Positions 23,520-36,703 of a DNA stretch of 64,000 nucleotides are shown here, piece by piece; position 1 is the first letter of the stretch, and each line of letters starts with the position of its first letter. Below the pieces are notes generated by a model. That model worked only from the letters and a program-made list of their open reading frames with translations. It was not told the origin of the DNA and made no database searches. Location of the stretch: positions 8,145,027-8,209,026 of the forward strand of contig MU053652.1 of the NCBI GenBank assembly GCA_013239625.1, read 5' to 3'. The position numbers and the translations under genes are program-made. The stretch comes from Lama guanicoe (taxonomy: Eukaryota).

Positions 23520-24955
23520 CGCATCATTTTATTGTTGAAGTAAAATTTGCGAACAGTGGAATACATAGATCCTAAACGTATAATTCAATGGATGATTTCA
23601 AAACATGTGTACGCCTGTATAACCAATATGACAATCACGTTAAAAAACATTGATATTACCTCAGAAAGTACTTTTGTGGCCCGTTGTAGTCAGTTCCCAC
23701 CCACCAAACACAATCACCAGTCTGATTTGTCGCCAAAGATTAGCACTGTCAGTTCTCATGTTTTATAAAGGACTCTTTTCTGCTTGGCTTCTTCTGCTCA
23801 ATATAATATTTTCAAGATTCACTGATGTTGTTGGATGTCTCAGCAGTTTATTGATATTTATTGTTGGGTGATATTTTATTTGGATTATTTCCAGGTTTTT
23901 TTGGCTCTTATAAATAAGCTGCCATGAACTTTCTTTTATCAAGCCTTTTAATGGATATGTGCTTTCATTTCTACTGAGTAAATACCTAGAATTGAAATTG
24001 CTAGATGGTAGAATAGGTGTATCTTTGACTTTAGCAGAAAATGCTAAACAGTTTTCCAAAACTGGTTGTGTTATTTCACACCCTCACCGACAACCTATAA
24101 GAATTTTATTTGCTCTGTATCCTCACCAGCAGTTGGTGGTGTAGGACTTTTTGTCATTTTGGTGGACGTTACGTGCATCTCATTGTAGTTTTAATTTGCA
24201 TTTCCCTGGCGACTAATGGTGTTGAACACTCCTCATGTTCATATTGATCATTCTTATGAGTTCTGTTGGAATGCGTTTTTTCAAGTGTTTTGCCCGTTCA
24301 TTAATTGGGTTGTTTTTCTTATTATTTAGGTGTAAGTGTTCTTTATAAATTCTGGATACAAGCTCTTTGTTAGATACGTATATTGTGAATATTTTTCTCT
24401 AGTTCTCTGTTTAATTTTATTAATGGTGTGTTTTCAAGACTAACAGGTTTTAACTTGTTACAGTCCCATTAATCAATATTTCTCCAGTGGTCAGTGCTTT
24501 TGTGGTTCTAAAAAAAGCTTGCCTTCCCCCAAGTTGAGCAGATATTATTTCCTTCTACTTTGTCGTTTAAGCTTTACATTTAGGTCCTTGATCCATCTTG
24601 AATTAATTTTTGTATGTTATGTGAGATAAGGATTGATTAAAAATTTTTTTTAATATGGATATCTAGTTTTCCAGCACAATTTGTTGAAAAGGATATCTTT
24701 TCCTCTTCTTTTATTGGTGCCTTCATTGATTTTCTCTGTTGTTTTCTCTCTGTTTCATTAATACCTAGTTTTACTTGTATTAATTCAGTATTTCTATTTA
24801 CATTGGGTTAATTTGCTTATCTTTTCCTAGTTTCTTCTAGTGAAACTTAGAGCACTGATTTGAAATCTTTTTTCTGTTTTCATAGAAACATTTCGTGCTA
24901 TAAATTTCACTCTAGGCAGTGCTTTAGCTATATTCAACAAATCTAATATGTTGCA
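23520..24955 (-). mobile_element. Old L1 (L1MB/MC/ME-type) 3' end plus ORF2 fragments
   Basis: Antisense L1 motifs (tctcattgtagttttaatttgcatttccctg; tccagcacaatttgttgaaaagg; gctataaatttcactctaggcagtgctttagct). Confidence 0.8.
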
Positions 24956-26049
24956 GTTGTAGTATAGTTTTATTTTATAAAAAATGCAGAATGATCAAGT
25001 GCTATTCATTGAATAAAATCAATATTTTCAAGGTAAGTATTCAGTCACATGTCTTTTATATATTTGACTCTATGCATATATAATATTCCTCAGATCCATA
25101 CATAAGCTAAAGGCACATTTCTGAGAAGAAAAGTTTGAGGCAGGTTTTTATTCCTATGCAATTATATGTGTAATGCATAATTTGACTTTGGGCATAAAAA
25201 TTACTTCCTCTAAAATAATATGTAAGTATATCAGATTGACTCAATGTATTAGGTTTTAAAACTACTCAGTCTAAGAAATAAGGGTGCTCACTCAAACTAG
25301 ATTTATTTTAAGTAGTTTACTCATCTATGAAATCTGGGTGATGAATGTTTTCAACTGTTCAGACCACTCTGAGATTTCTGTCTTCTTTCTCTCTCATGTT
25401 CTTTTTCTGTTCTCTGAATTGTTCTGATGGTGTATTATGACTAAGGCTAAATATGCCTCTGAAAAGTTCATATTAATTGAAAAAGATTGACCACATTCCC
25501 GGGAAGGGGTGCCAATCAGGAAACTAAATAATGCACTGCGTGCAGAGGTCTGTATTTTCATTGGCCAGCATTGCTCACGTAGAGAAATGCAGCCACACTT
25601 CACCTGTCTGAAGCAGGCATGCCTATGAGCATTTCTGACTTTAATATTACCCACAGTCTGTTTGTCTCATATGCACGCACGTTATCTAGAGGAATGTGAC
25701 TGATTCCACAGGTTGGACAGGAAATCTAACTTAACGATTTTATAGTGTTCCCATACGTATCGTTTAGGCTGGAATGTATGTGCATACCATAGCTAAAGAA
25801 TTAGAAGGTGTCATTGAAAGGTACTGCGGAATATTAGAGAAGACTTGGGTTTTAGTACTGATGCTGCATTTTACTCTGTATTTATTTTGGATAAGTGACT
25901 TAATTTCTCCGTCCTCACAATGAACCATTTAGCCCAGATAATCTCTATGGTGCTTTCATCTCCAGAATTTTAGGTCTGCAGTAAATACAAATCAGATGAG
26001 AATTTGGATAGGCTCAGGAGAAGGCTAACGTCTGAAATGTTTTGTCAGT

Positions 26050-26490
26050 GTTCTTCAGCAGTGGTTGCTGATCCCTCTCCCAAACTGCACCACAAGGGAA
26101 CTTTCTCTGGATTCTTCCCAAGCATCTCAGCGAGTGCCTTGTGGGGTTTATGGAGGAACAGTGAGAAAGAGATTGGAAGACCTTGTATCTCTGGATAATC
26201 TGGCCTTCAAGAGTTTCACACCATCATATTAGCCTAGACTCATCCCTTTGTAATTCATTTAATTTTTTCAGCTGACTCTATTGGTGTCTGTGGTTTCCAA
26301 CGGCATCAGCCACAGATAAGCAAGTACTTCTCCCTGCAGCCACCTGTCCCCAGATTTCTGGTCATTTGGTTTGCCCTGTGCCCTCAGTCCTCTGACTGGT
26401 TAAAAGAAACTTGGTAATCTGATGCTTTTCTAGCTTTTCTTTGTTGCAGTAGTGGGAGTGATGCTCCTTCCAGTTTCCAAGGTGAAACGG
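26050..26490 (-). mobile_element. Old L1 5' end fragment
   Basis: ttgccctgtgccctcagtcctctga...tagcttttctttgttg...gggagtgatgctccttccag parallels 20740-20878. Confidence 0.5.
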
Positions 26491-27152
26491 ATACAATAGC
26501 AATTGGATATTCTTCATCAACTACTTAAACATTCTTGCAACTATGATGCGTACATTATATTTTCACACTCCTGCTTCCCTTACAGAACTTTATCTTGAGC
26601 TAATTAATATATGTTAATGCCTGAAAGTCTTCTGTTGATCACAGTCATACTTTTGTGCCACAAAACATTTATGTAAACTGGAATTTCAGTTTTTTGGTGA
26701 TGCCACTTAATTCCTTAAACTGGTGAATTGTATGCTAAAAAGCATATAGAGTTCCCTCTTTAAAAATAATTTTTATTGATATATCAGTTGGTGACTCAGA
26801 TAGATTCTTCCTTAATTTTGTGCAAGGCAAAGAACTGAAAACCACCCGGCTTACAGTAGGATTTGTTCAGTCATTATAATCATTTATTTTTCTAATTCTG
26901 ATAATTAGTAAGACTTGCCGAATGACTTATTCATTATATCAATTTTTTTTTTGTTTTTCACTTAGAGACTTTTTAAGACTTTTTCATTTTTTAACCCAAT
27001 ATGCCAATCTATAAAAATTAAAATGTTGTTAATTTTAAGAGACTTTGCCAATACAACATTTTGGTTAAGAATGCCTTTTATTGTATTACATATTTTAAAT
27101 ATATTATTTTCAAAACTCAAGACTACAGATTATAGATTTAACTCATTCAACT

Positions 27153-27575
27153 TGTGACAGCTCTGGATCACGTCACTCAGATCTCTTGGCTAAAACCCTC
27201 CTTGCTGCTCCTTGGATCCACCCCTGGGTTTGCACTGAGGCTGTATTTTCCTTGTGCTGCTCACATCCAGTAGCGGGGATAGCGGTGCCAGCCCATTCCT
27301 GTGAATAGAGGTCCCTCGAATAGGCAGTTTTGACCCGGGGCTCTCCAAATCCATGGTCAAAACTCTCTGAGAACTGCTTTGCAGCCTGTGGCTCTTCCTA
27401 CCCTATTCTTCCTGCTCCTCTCCTTTTGTAGGTGTCAGAATCGCACAGTAATCTGAAGGCTATCTTGCCAATTCTTTCTCCTTCCTTTTTCTCCATCGAT
27501 TTTTTTTTCCCTAGTGAATCTCTTGCATGTTTGATTGTGTCTTGACATGTGCTTCTTAGAGGACCTGAGGTCCCA
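27153..27575 (+). mobile_element. ERVL LTR (LTR16-like)
   Basis: Starts tgtgacagct, ends aatctcttgcatgtttgattgtgtcttgacatgtgcttcttagaggacctga, an LTR16-type 3' end. Confidence 0.6.
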
Positions 27576-28333
27576 TAAATTTCTGCATAATATCTGCTGT
27601 ATAATATAATTAGTAAAGCCAATCCTCAGCGTCAGCATAATCAGTCAAATTAGACTTCACTTCTGTCAGAAAGTCTGGCTCTTTCAGTTTACATAAACAT
27701 TTACATAAATATGAATTTTCAGACTATAATAAAAAATGCCTAAGATAAATTATGGAATATATCTCATAAAAGATTACTAAAAGCAGTCAATTCAAGATTG
27801 AAATGATGTAATTAATACTAATATAACTACTGTAAGTTTTGGGAAGGTTTTAGAGACAATAATTAATGTATATGTTATTATTCATTACTTATTTTAATAA
27901 TGCATTATATGAATATCTAATATAAATTATTTATGAGGCAAAGAGGATACTAAAGGGCATAGTATTCCTTAAGCAAATCAGTGTACATTCATATATTAGA
28001 CTGTGATGTTTAGCTTGGGGAATAATTAAAAAAGAATTATGTTTGAAAAGTCAGAAATAACTCCATTTTTTTTTGGATGTTAATATTAAGCTTTTCCTAT
28101 GCATAACAAAAGAAAGAAAGTATCACTACTAAAAACTAATTGATCCAGTAGTTACTGTGTATTTTTATGTATATTAACAGAATATGGTAAATATTAAACA
28201 TATTATAAGGTGAATTAAAAAGTTGGAATGAAGATTTTATTATATATACTACATATAATGTATATATACATATGTGAGACTTGTGTATATGTCTATATAC
28301 ATTTTATTATATAAGTTGACAAAATAGGTTCTT

Positions 28334-29796
28334 TTTTCTATATATATTTGTTTTCATATTCTTTTTCACTAAAGGTTATTAAAAGATATTGAATATAGTT
28401 CCCTGTGCTATACAAAAGAAATTTGTGTTTCATCTATTTTTATATATAGTGGTTAACATTTGCAAATCTCAAACTCCCAAATTTATCCCTTCCCACCCTC
28501 TTTCTGCTGGTAACCATAAGACTGTTTACTATGTCTGAATCTGTATTGTAGATGAGTTCATTAGTATCCTCTTTTTTCCTTTTTTTTTTTTTTTTAGATT
28601 CCACATATGAGTGGTATATGGTACTTTTCTTTTTATGGCTTACTTCACTTAGAATGACGATCTCTAGGTGCATCCATGTTGCTGCAAATGGCATGATTTT
28701 ATTATTTTTTTTTTATCACTGAATGGTATTTCATTGTGTAAATATACCATGACTTCTTTATCCAATCATCTGTTAATAGACATGCAGGTTGTTTCCATGT
28801 CTTGGCTATTGTACACAGTGCTGCTCTGAACATTGGGGTGTATGTATCTTTTCGAATTAGATTTCCCTCTGGATATATGCCCAGGAGTTCCCTCCAGATA
28901 TATAAGCCCAGGAGTGGGATTGCTGGATCATATGGTAAGTCAGTTTTTTGAGGAATCTCCATATTGTTTTCCATAAAGGCTGCACCAAACTACATTTCCA
29001 CCAGCAGTGTAGGAGGGTTCCTTTTTCTCCTCACTCTGTCCAGCATTTGTCGTTTGTGGACTTTTTGATGATGGCCACACTGACTGGTGTGAGCTGATAG
29101 CTCATTGTAGTTTTGATTTGCTTTCTCTGATAATCAGCAATATTGGGCATTTTTTCCATGTGCCTATTGACCGTTTGTATGTCTTTATTGGAGAATTGCT
29201 CGTTTAAGTCTTCTGCCCATTTTTGGATTAGTTTTTTTTTTTTTAAATTAAGGTGTATGAGCTGTTTATATATTCTGGAAATTAAGCCCTTGTCAGTTGC
29301 ATCATTTGCAAATATTTTCTCCCATTCCCTAGGTTGTTGTTTTGTTTTACTTACAGTTTCCCTTGCTGTGCAAAAGCTTATTAATTTAATTAGGTCCCGT
29401 TTGTTCATTTTTGTTTTTATTTCTATTGCCTGGGTAGACTGCCCTAGGAGAACATTGGTAAGATTTAGGTCAGAGAATGTTTTGCCTATGTTTTCTTCTA
29501 GGAGGTTTATCATGTTTTGCCTATGTTTAAGTCTTTAAGCCATTTTGAGTTTATTTTTGTGTAAGGTATGAGGGAGTGTCCTAACTTCATTGATTTACAT
29601 GCAGCTGTCCAGTTTTCCCAACACCACTTGCTGAAGAGACTACCTTTTCTCCATTGTATATTCTTGTCTCCTTTGTTGAAGATTAATTGACCATAGGTCT
29701 GTAGGTTTATTTCTGGGCTCTCTATTCTGTTCCATTGATCCACCTGTCTGTTTTTGTGCTGATACCACACTGTTTTGGTTACTGTAACTCTGTAGT
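28334..29796 (-). mobile_element. Relatively young L1 (ORF2 C-terminus + 3' UTR), 5'-truncated, 14-bp TSD
   Basis: Minus-strand ORFs encode L1 ORF2p ([37 protein letters not shown]). TSD CAAAATAGGTTCTT (28320-28333) / CAAAATAGATTCTT (29797-29810). Confidence 0.93.
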
Positions 29797-30101
29797 CAAA
29801 ATAGATTCTTAATTGTATTACTTTATTGTATGCTTTAATTTTACCAAGTTTAGATGACATCACATTTAATTTGCACCTGCAGGTTTTATTTGTTGTAATT
29901 AGAATGATGGGGTACTTCTTGTCCTTTGGTTACTGGGAGGTATTTTTCATTTCACCTCATAACCCATTCTGTGGATGAATATTGACAAAAATGGAAAAGA
30001 AATACTCAAACTTAAGGGAAAAAATCCATGTTCAGCCTTTATATTTTTCTTTAATCTTATCTATGTGCTTTACTTACATCTTCTTTAGTAATTAATTCTT
30101 T

Positions 30102-30262
30102 TTTTTAAAATTTTATTGCTTTTTCTGGTTTTTTTTTTGGTGGTTTTTTGGAGGAGGGTGATTAGTTTTATTTATTTATTTTTAATGGAAGCATGGGGGA
30201 TTGAACCCAGGACCTTGTGCATGCTGAGCACACACTCCACCACGGAGCTATACCCTCCCCCC
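30102..30262 (-). mobile_element. tRNA-derived SINE of camelid type (Vic-1-like) with perfect 15-bp TSD
   Basis: Reverse complement GGGGGGAGGGTATAGCTCCGTGG (A box)...GGTTCAATCCC (B box)...A-rich tail. TSD AGTAATTAATTCTTT at 30087-30101 and 30263-30277. Confidence 0.9.
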
Positions 30263-33214
30263 AGTAATTAATTCTTTGATAATAGTTTAAATATGGAGAG
30301 ATTAAGTTGTAAAAGGGAAATCATCACTCTGAGTAAACATGTTCTACAATATATCAAATTTTAGATCATCCTAACAAATACCCAATTTCTTCATACTTAT
30401 CTCAGACCGCTGTAAGATACAGGAAGACAGGAAGCTTTTATTAAGATAGGCTTAATGTACTCTCATTACTCATTAAATGAGGTTCCCCAAAATAGCATTT
30501 GCAATTGCCCCTTACTTTGTTGATTTGAAAGCTGCTACCCCTTGGAACAATGTACCATAGTGAGATACCTAATAACTAAGTGTATGGCTTGTGGTAGGAG
30601 ATGGGATATTGTCAGACGGGAGATGGGAAATAGAATCTAGTCAATGTTAGGAAATATTGCAAACGAATGTTGGAAGTATGAGAATTAATTCCATTTAAAC
30701 TACTGGTGTCCTTACATCCCTTAAAGGTCTTCCTGTGCCCTCCCTGCCCCAGGGCCACGTAGTCCTTAGGTTGAAGATTACTGACTTTGCCGTCCTTTGT
30801 TATACTATTTCTGGCTCTTAGCTCCCCTTGTATAAAAGTTCTGGGGCCATCTTCTGTAGACATTTGAGTTTGTAAATCTGTAGTACAGTCAGAGGTAGCA
30901 GGAGAAAAAGAAAAAAGGAGCGAAAGAGATTAAAGAAGAGGAAATGAGAAAAAGGAAAGGTGCAAATATTTATCTATCTATTTATAAAGAGAGATTGCAC
31001 ACTCACACTCACAAGGATGAAGAGGATACATTAATGATAAGAAAACAGAAATAATATAATACTCAGTACTTTTAAAAGTACGTGGTTGAGATAGCTGTTT
31101 TGCATTCTGATGTGAATCTTTCACTTTGAAATAAGCTTTGATCCAGCTGTTCCCAAGTAGTGGATTCACTGAAATCACCAAGCGGCTTTAAAAAATTGAA
31201 GTCCAATCCTTTTCTAGACTTACTGAATCAGAATTTCTGGGGTAGAATCCTGGATTATCTGGAGGCACCTGAACAACAGCCTATGGTTTATGAGTATTAT
31301 TACCCCCTCATAAGGCACCTTCAAGATCCAGGAAACTTGAAACACAATATGAGGACATTGAGGGATGATGACAGAGAAGGGAAGAAATACAATCCCAGCA
31401 GTTAGAAAATAGAAAATGATAAAGCTTCCTTTTGTGGGCATATTTAAGGAAAAGGACAAGAAGAGACCTATATGAATGCAGACCACCCTCAATTTCTGAG
31501 TTTTGGGGAATAGAGAAGAGGAAGGATGAAATGGGTGTGTAGGGCTCTAGAGGGGCTGGCTGACCAGGGCACAGTGCACAAGGGTCTGGAAACCGCAGCC
31601 AGAATGAGAGAGGAGACCGGGGGGTGAACCATGCTAGCAGCAAACTCTGTCCATTTCGTGTCCATTACTTTCATAAACATGTCTGGACCTAGATGGCCCT
31701 CAAGATTCTGCCTCTCATCTTTTTAAGTCTTCATCCCGGAGAGAGATGAAGTGGTCATCGGGACCCAGCCCCCTCTCTGCTGCACCCAAGTCACTGCTTC
31801 TAGCATCTCTCTGTCTTCTGTCCTCCACTCGCTCCCAGGCACCACTTAGCACTCACAACTTTCCCCTGTCATTTCAGATTTCTTCCCAATAACGTTCACC
31901 ATCTGTGTCTGCTAGCTTTCTCTTCTGTGGTGAGTCTTGTTCCTTTCATAATCAACAGAGGTGAATTCTTGTTACCTGTCCCTTAACTGGGGAATGAGTT
32001 AGTTAATGGGAAGAGCACTGGAAATAGGCTAGTGATCACGTATGTTTTCCTATCCCCCTCCCCTCCTCAAAAGGAAGTAGTGAACATAGGAGTGAGTATG
32101 GATTTCAAAATGCTTTCACTAATGAAACCCCAGCACCTTCACTTGTTAACCATTCCACATTTCTACCAGTGCTCCCTGCTGGGAACTTCCCGTTACTTAA
32201 CCATCCTTCTTCATGTCATAGATCAGGCCTGTATCTTCGTTCCATTGCGAAGGAAGATGGAAAACCACTTTTTGGTATAACAACCTCTCATTCGATACCT
32301 AGAAAAGTCACAGTTAACTTTTTTACCTGATGTTCATTCTTTATTTCCACAGGCATTATATAAAATTTGAAATTCTTTATACAGGGACACATTTCACTCC
32401 ACTCCCTTTAACTTCAGCTTTACTGCGTGGGAGGTGCCACAAGGCAGTTTCCCCCAAGGCCATTCTCGATTTCAGGTGACAAAACACAGGCCACCCTCTG
32501 TAGGTATACTGACTCATGCCTCCTATTTCTTCTCAAATCCAAGTCTGTAGTCGGCGCCTCTGTAAATCCCCCTCTTTGAAACTAAATGTTCAGAAAGGAT
32601 ATCTGAACTGATGTGAGGCTAAGTTTTTTTCAGCACAAGTAATATCTCACACCTCTATTTCACTATTCTTCATTCCAGCTATTAAAATTCATAGCAACAA
32701 ACTCTGTGAACACTGGTTCTGTGTGGGCTGGAGGTAAATTTAGGCCTTAATGGAGGATGTCACTCACAAGGAAAGATAATTTAAGGATGGTCTCTTTGCA
32801 TTTGAATTTTAAAGCACTACAGCAGGAAGAAAGGAATGTTGCCAGTGTAAATTTATGTATGGATATGGCTTTTGAAAAGTATCTTTAGAATCAACATATG
32901 GATCACAGAGATTCTATAATAAGCTTGGATAATGAAAGATCACTTATTTTTATTTCAGTTTATTTTTAAAGATGAATTTTAATATCCACAAGGGCCAAAA
33001 CTATATTTCTACAGGAGAAAGACATGTATGGTAACCCAAAAGCTTGAAACCAATTTCTCCTACCAAACAAAGTTGTAAGATCATCTCATGTGATCCTTGG
33101 GAAAACAGTATTAAGTCGACAAAGTCTACACAGTGGCCATAATCTGTAAGACTAATCTTTTTATTTTGTTGGTAGATTCTTTCCCAGATAGGACAGAAGT
33201 AATACTACAAAGTT

Positions 33215-35440
33215 AATTTTGACACATATAGACATAGAAAAAAGTTAATAAACAGTGAAATGTTAAGATCATTTATCATAGTATTAGATAATATGACTAT
33301 GTAAAAACTCACAGAACTGTCCACTGCAAAGAGAGAATTTTACTGTATGTAAATAAAAGAAAATTGACTATGGTATGGAAGGAACTAAAGATGGAAGGTA
33401 GATTGTGACAGATGATTTTAATTATATTTCAGATGAATGGCATAATCACACCAAAGAGGGTGGGAATGAAAGGAACTGACTTAAGTAACTTTGAAAAGCA
33501 GTGTTTTGATTGCATAATGTACAGTAGAGACGAAATTACTAAACACAATCACTGAACACTGCTTGGCATATGTATTTCCTATAGGAGCATGGGTTAGCAA
33601 TACTGAAACTATTTTATATGTGAGCTAGAACTGAACAAACAAGGTAATCTGTTGTATATAATGTTAGCAAGGGTTTCTCACTATTGGAGGAAGACATTAC
33701 AAATAAGGAAAGAGGGAAGGCTAGAACTAAACCCTGTGGCACTGAATTGGAGTGAGAGATATCAATGCAAACTCATGTTTTAAAATATGCAAAGAAGTAG
33801 AGACAGAAATAAATATGTATTTGTGCATATGTGTAGGCAAGTGTATATACACACATTTCTTAGCTCTGTCCCCTGAAAGGGCAGTGAGCACACCCACTGC
33901 CTAGACCTTTGTTTCCAAATATCTTTCCCCATAAAAAGAACAAGGTCCCTTGGAGAAGTGGTTGATTCCAGGGCTGGGGAAGCTAAAATACAAGATAAGC
34001 CTGGAATATTTCATAGTTCCAGATAGTATAAAAGGGCAAAGTGATTGAAGCTTGTCAAGAGAAATTAGGCGCCAACCTGAAGGAACTCCTAATGACTAAA
34101 GCTGGAAAAATTTGAGAAGCAAAATAAACAGTGGTCATTTAAATTAGAATCTGTGATGGTTAATTTTATGTGTCAACTTGGCTCTGCCATACTGCCCAGA
34201 TATTTGGTCAGACATTATTCTGGATGTTTCTGTTAAGGTGGTTTTGGATGAGCTTAACCAGATTACTTTCCATAATGTGAATGGACCTTATCCAATCAGT
34301 TGAAGTCCTGAATATAGAACAAAAACTGGCTTCCCTGAGCAAGAAGAATTCTGCAAGCTGACTGCTTTTGGGCTCAGACTACAACTCTTGCCTGGGTCTC
34401 CAGCCTGTTGGCCCTTCCTGTAGATTTTGGGCTCACATCTCCACAATAGTGTGAGTTAATTCCTTAAGACCCCCTCTCTCTTTCTCATTATACACACACA
34501 CACACACACACAAATACACGAACATATAATGTGTGTATATTCACATATGTATATGTGTATATATACATCCTGTTCATTCTCTCTGGAGAACCCTTGACTA
34601 ACCCAAAGAAAGAGATAAATGTCCATGCATCTGTACTAATATAAATAAACAGAGGGAAAAGGATAAGTATGCATTACAAAAGAATTCCAATTAATAAATG
34701 AAGAAGGGATGAGGGAAGTAGAAAAGTCACCATTAGAACACTAGAGTAATATTTGTGGGCAAGATCCATCTGTGGATACTCAATAAGTGAAACAGTATAC
34801 TTAGATAGTCTCATAGTATATGTATTAATTATAATGAAATACTAGTAACTTCAGAGGGAGAAAGCTGACAGATGGTAGTTGGTACCTTAACCAAATGATG
34901 AAGGTTAACATCACTAATGACATATTGGAATCGTGTGATCATGGAACCCACTGATGTGATGCAATGAGAAGGGCTCATCATCTCTGGAATTCTCCCACGG
35001 ATTCATGACTTCTTTCTTACGTGAGATAACTTCAGACCAACTCAAATTGAGGGACATTCTATAAAATACTTGGCCGGTACTCCCCCAAAGTGTCAAGATA
35101 CTGAAGGATGAGGAAAGACCAAGGAACTGTCACAGACTGGAGGAGGTCAGGGGACATGACAGTTAAATGTAACGTGGTAGAACCCTAGAATAGAGAAAGG
35201 GGAAACTGGGGCAATCCAGATAAGTCTGTCATTACTGTATTACGTATTGTATTATGTACTGTATTATATAGTATTAGTTAATAGCTTTTTAGTAATATTA
35301 ATTTTTTAGTTTTGATAATTATACCACAATTATGTAGGATATGAACATTTGCAGAAGTTGGGGGAAGGGCACAGAGAAGTCTCTGTCCTGTCTTTGAATC
35401 TTTTCTGAAAGCCTAAAATGTCAATATAAAATGCTGAAAA
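33215..35440 (+). mobile_element. L1MC-type 3' UTR, interrupted by MLT2
   Basis: L1MC 3'-end motifs (gagaattttactgtatgtaaat; cttggagaagtggttgattccagggctgggg; ctcaaattgagggacattcta; aggaactgtcacagactggagga). Confidence 0.75.
34152..34603 (+). mobile_element. ERVL LTR MLT2 (solo) with internal (CA)n
   Basis: Canonical start TGTGATGGTTAATTTTATGTGTCAACTTG, end ctctggagaacccttgactaa, (CA)n at ~34492-34512. Confidence 0.9.
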
Positions 35441-36369
35441 GTTACAAGCATGTTTAAAATCCTTCAGGTGCCTTAAAGGGAATGATATGAGTTTTACTTA
35501 GAACTTAGTACTTACATTATGCTAGAGATTATATCATTTCAACTGTTTAAACATATGACAGAATTTTTTAGATTTCAACATAAAAGTGTGCAAGAGGCAC
35601 AAGGTTTTCAGAATTCCTTTAGGAGGTCTTTGAGCAAAGGCACTTGAAATCTACTCGTCTACGTGACTTGTCATACGTTGTTTTAGCTCACCAGGCCCAC
35701 CATTTCAAGGCACATTTATTTGGGTGGCTTGGGGTAGCTGGTAGAGGTTATTCTGAAGGTTTAATGCAGTCATAAACCACACCTGGGCCCCTCTGCTGTG
35801 CCAGGCAAGTGACATGAACGAGTGAAGCTGACCAGGTCTAAGAATGACAACAGTGCAAGTACGCTGAGTGACGGTGACCGACACTAAGCCGCAGCGTCTG
35901 GCGGACGGTAGGAGCTGAGCTGGAGGGTGCGTGCTCCATCTAACGAGGGCAGCTGCTACTCAAGGCCTGGGAGCCCGAAGCTCCGACCTGTCTAGAGGAG
36001 CTGGATGGTGTACATTTACATGAACACTCCCGGACTTTAAGTGTTGAAAGATAACTGAAAACTTTTCAGATACTGTGCAGGCCGAACCAAGCACATCTGC
36101 TTGTCTTTGTTTTTCTTTCTTCCGTCTTCCCTTATTCCTTTTCCTTTCTCATACCTCCCATACCTCCTAGGTAGCCAGTATAGAACTAAAAGGTAGAGAT
36201 TTTTAATATTTGTGTAATTTTCTGTAGTCCTTGTTCTTACTTTCAAGAGCAATTTGTAGAGTTAAAAACATAGGAAAACAAAATCAAAATATGGAAACTT
36301 GCTTGAATTTTACTTGTAAGAAATCTTTTAATAATTTCATTCATTGATTAAAAAATTCACCATGACTTT

Positions 36370-36590
36370 AATAATAAGAAGAATAAAAAGCTAATTGAGT
36401 ATTTTCTGGTGTGAAACATCATTCTGTGTGGTATCATATGGACTGAATCATTTAATTCTCAAAACAATTCTATGAAATAGGTTTTGTTATTAACTCATTC
36501 TGCAAATAAGGAAGCAAAGACTTAATGAGGCTAAACTATTTAGTAAAATAACAGAGCTGTATGTCTCTAGAGCCATGCTCTAATTGTGAC
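36370..36590 (-). mobile_element. MIR SINE
   Basis: aatcatttaattctcaaaacaattctatgaaataggt...cattctgcaaataaggaagc. Confidence 0.65.
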
Positions 36591-36617
36591 ACTGAGCAAG
36601 ATGACAGTCCTACGGGG

Positions 36618-36703
36618 CAGAGTTGCCAGATAAAACACAGAATGTCCAGTTAAATTTGTATGTGTATTTGCTATATTTTTATTTGCTAAATCCAGCTAGT
36701 CTA
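36618..36703. mobile_element. Internally deleted MER53-like hAT MITE with 8-bp TSD
   Basis: cagagttgccagataaaacacagaatgtccagttaaatttg...tatttttatttgctaaatccagc. TSD CTACGGGG (36610-36617) / CTATGGGG (36704-36711). Confidence 0.75.

Noticed and set aside
30180..30262. tRNA gene on the minus strand
   Set aside because: The A/B boxes belong to a SINE head, with an A-rich tail and TSD and no complete acceptor stem.
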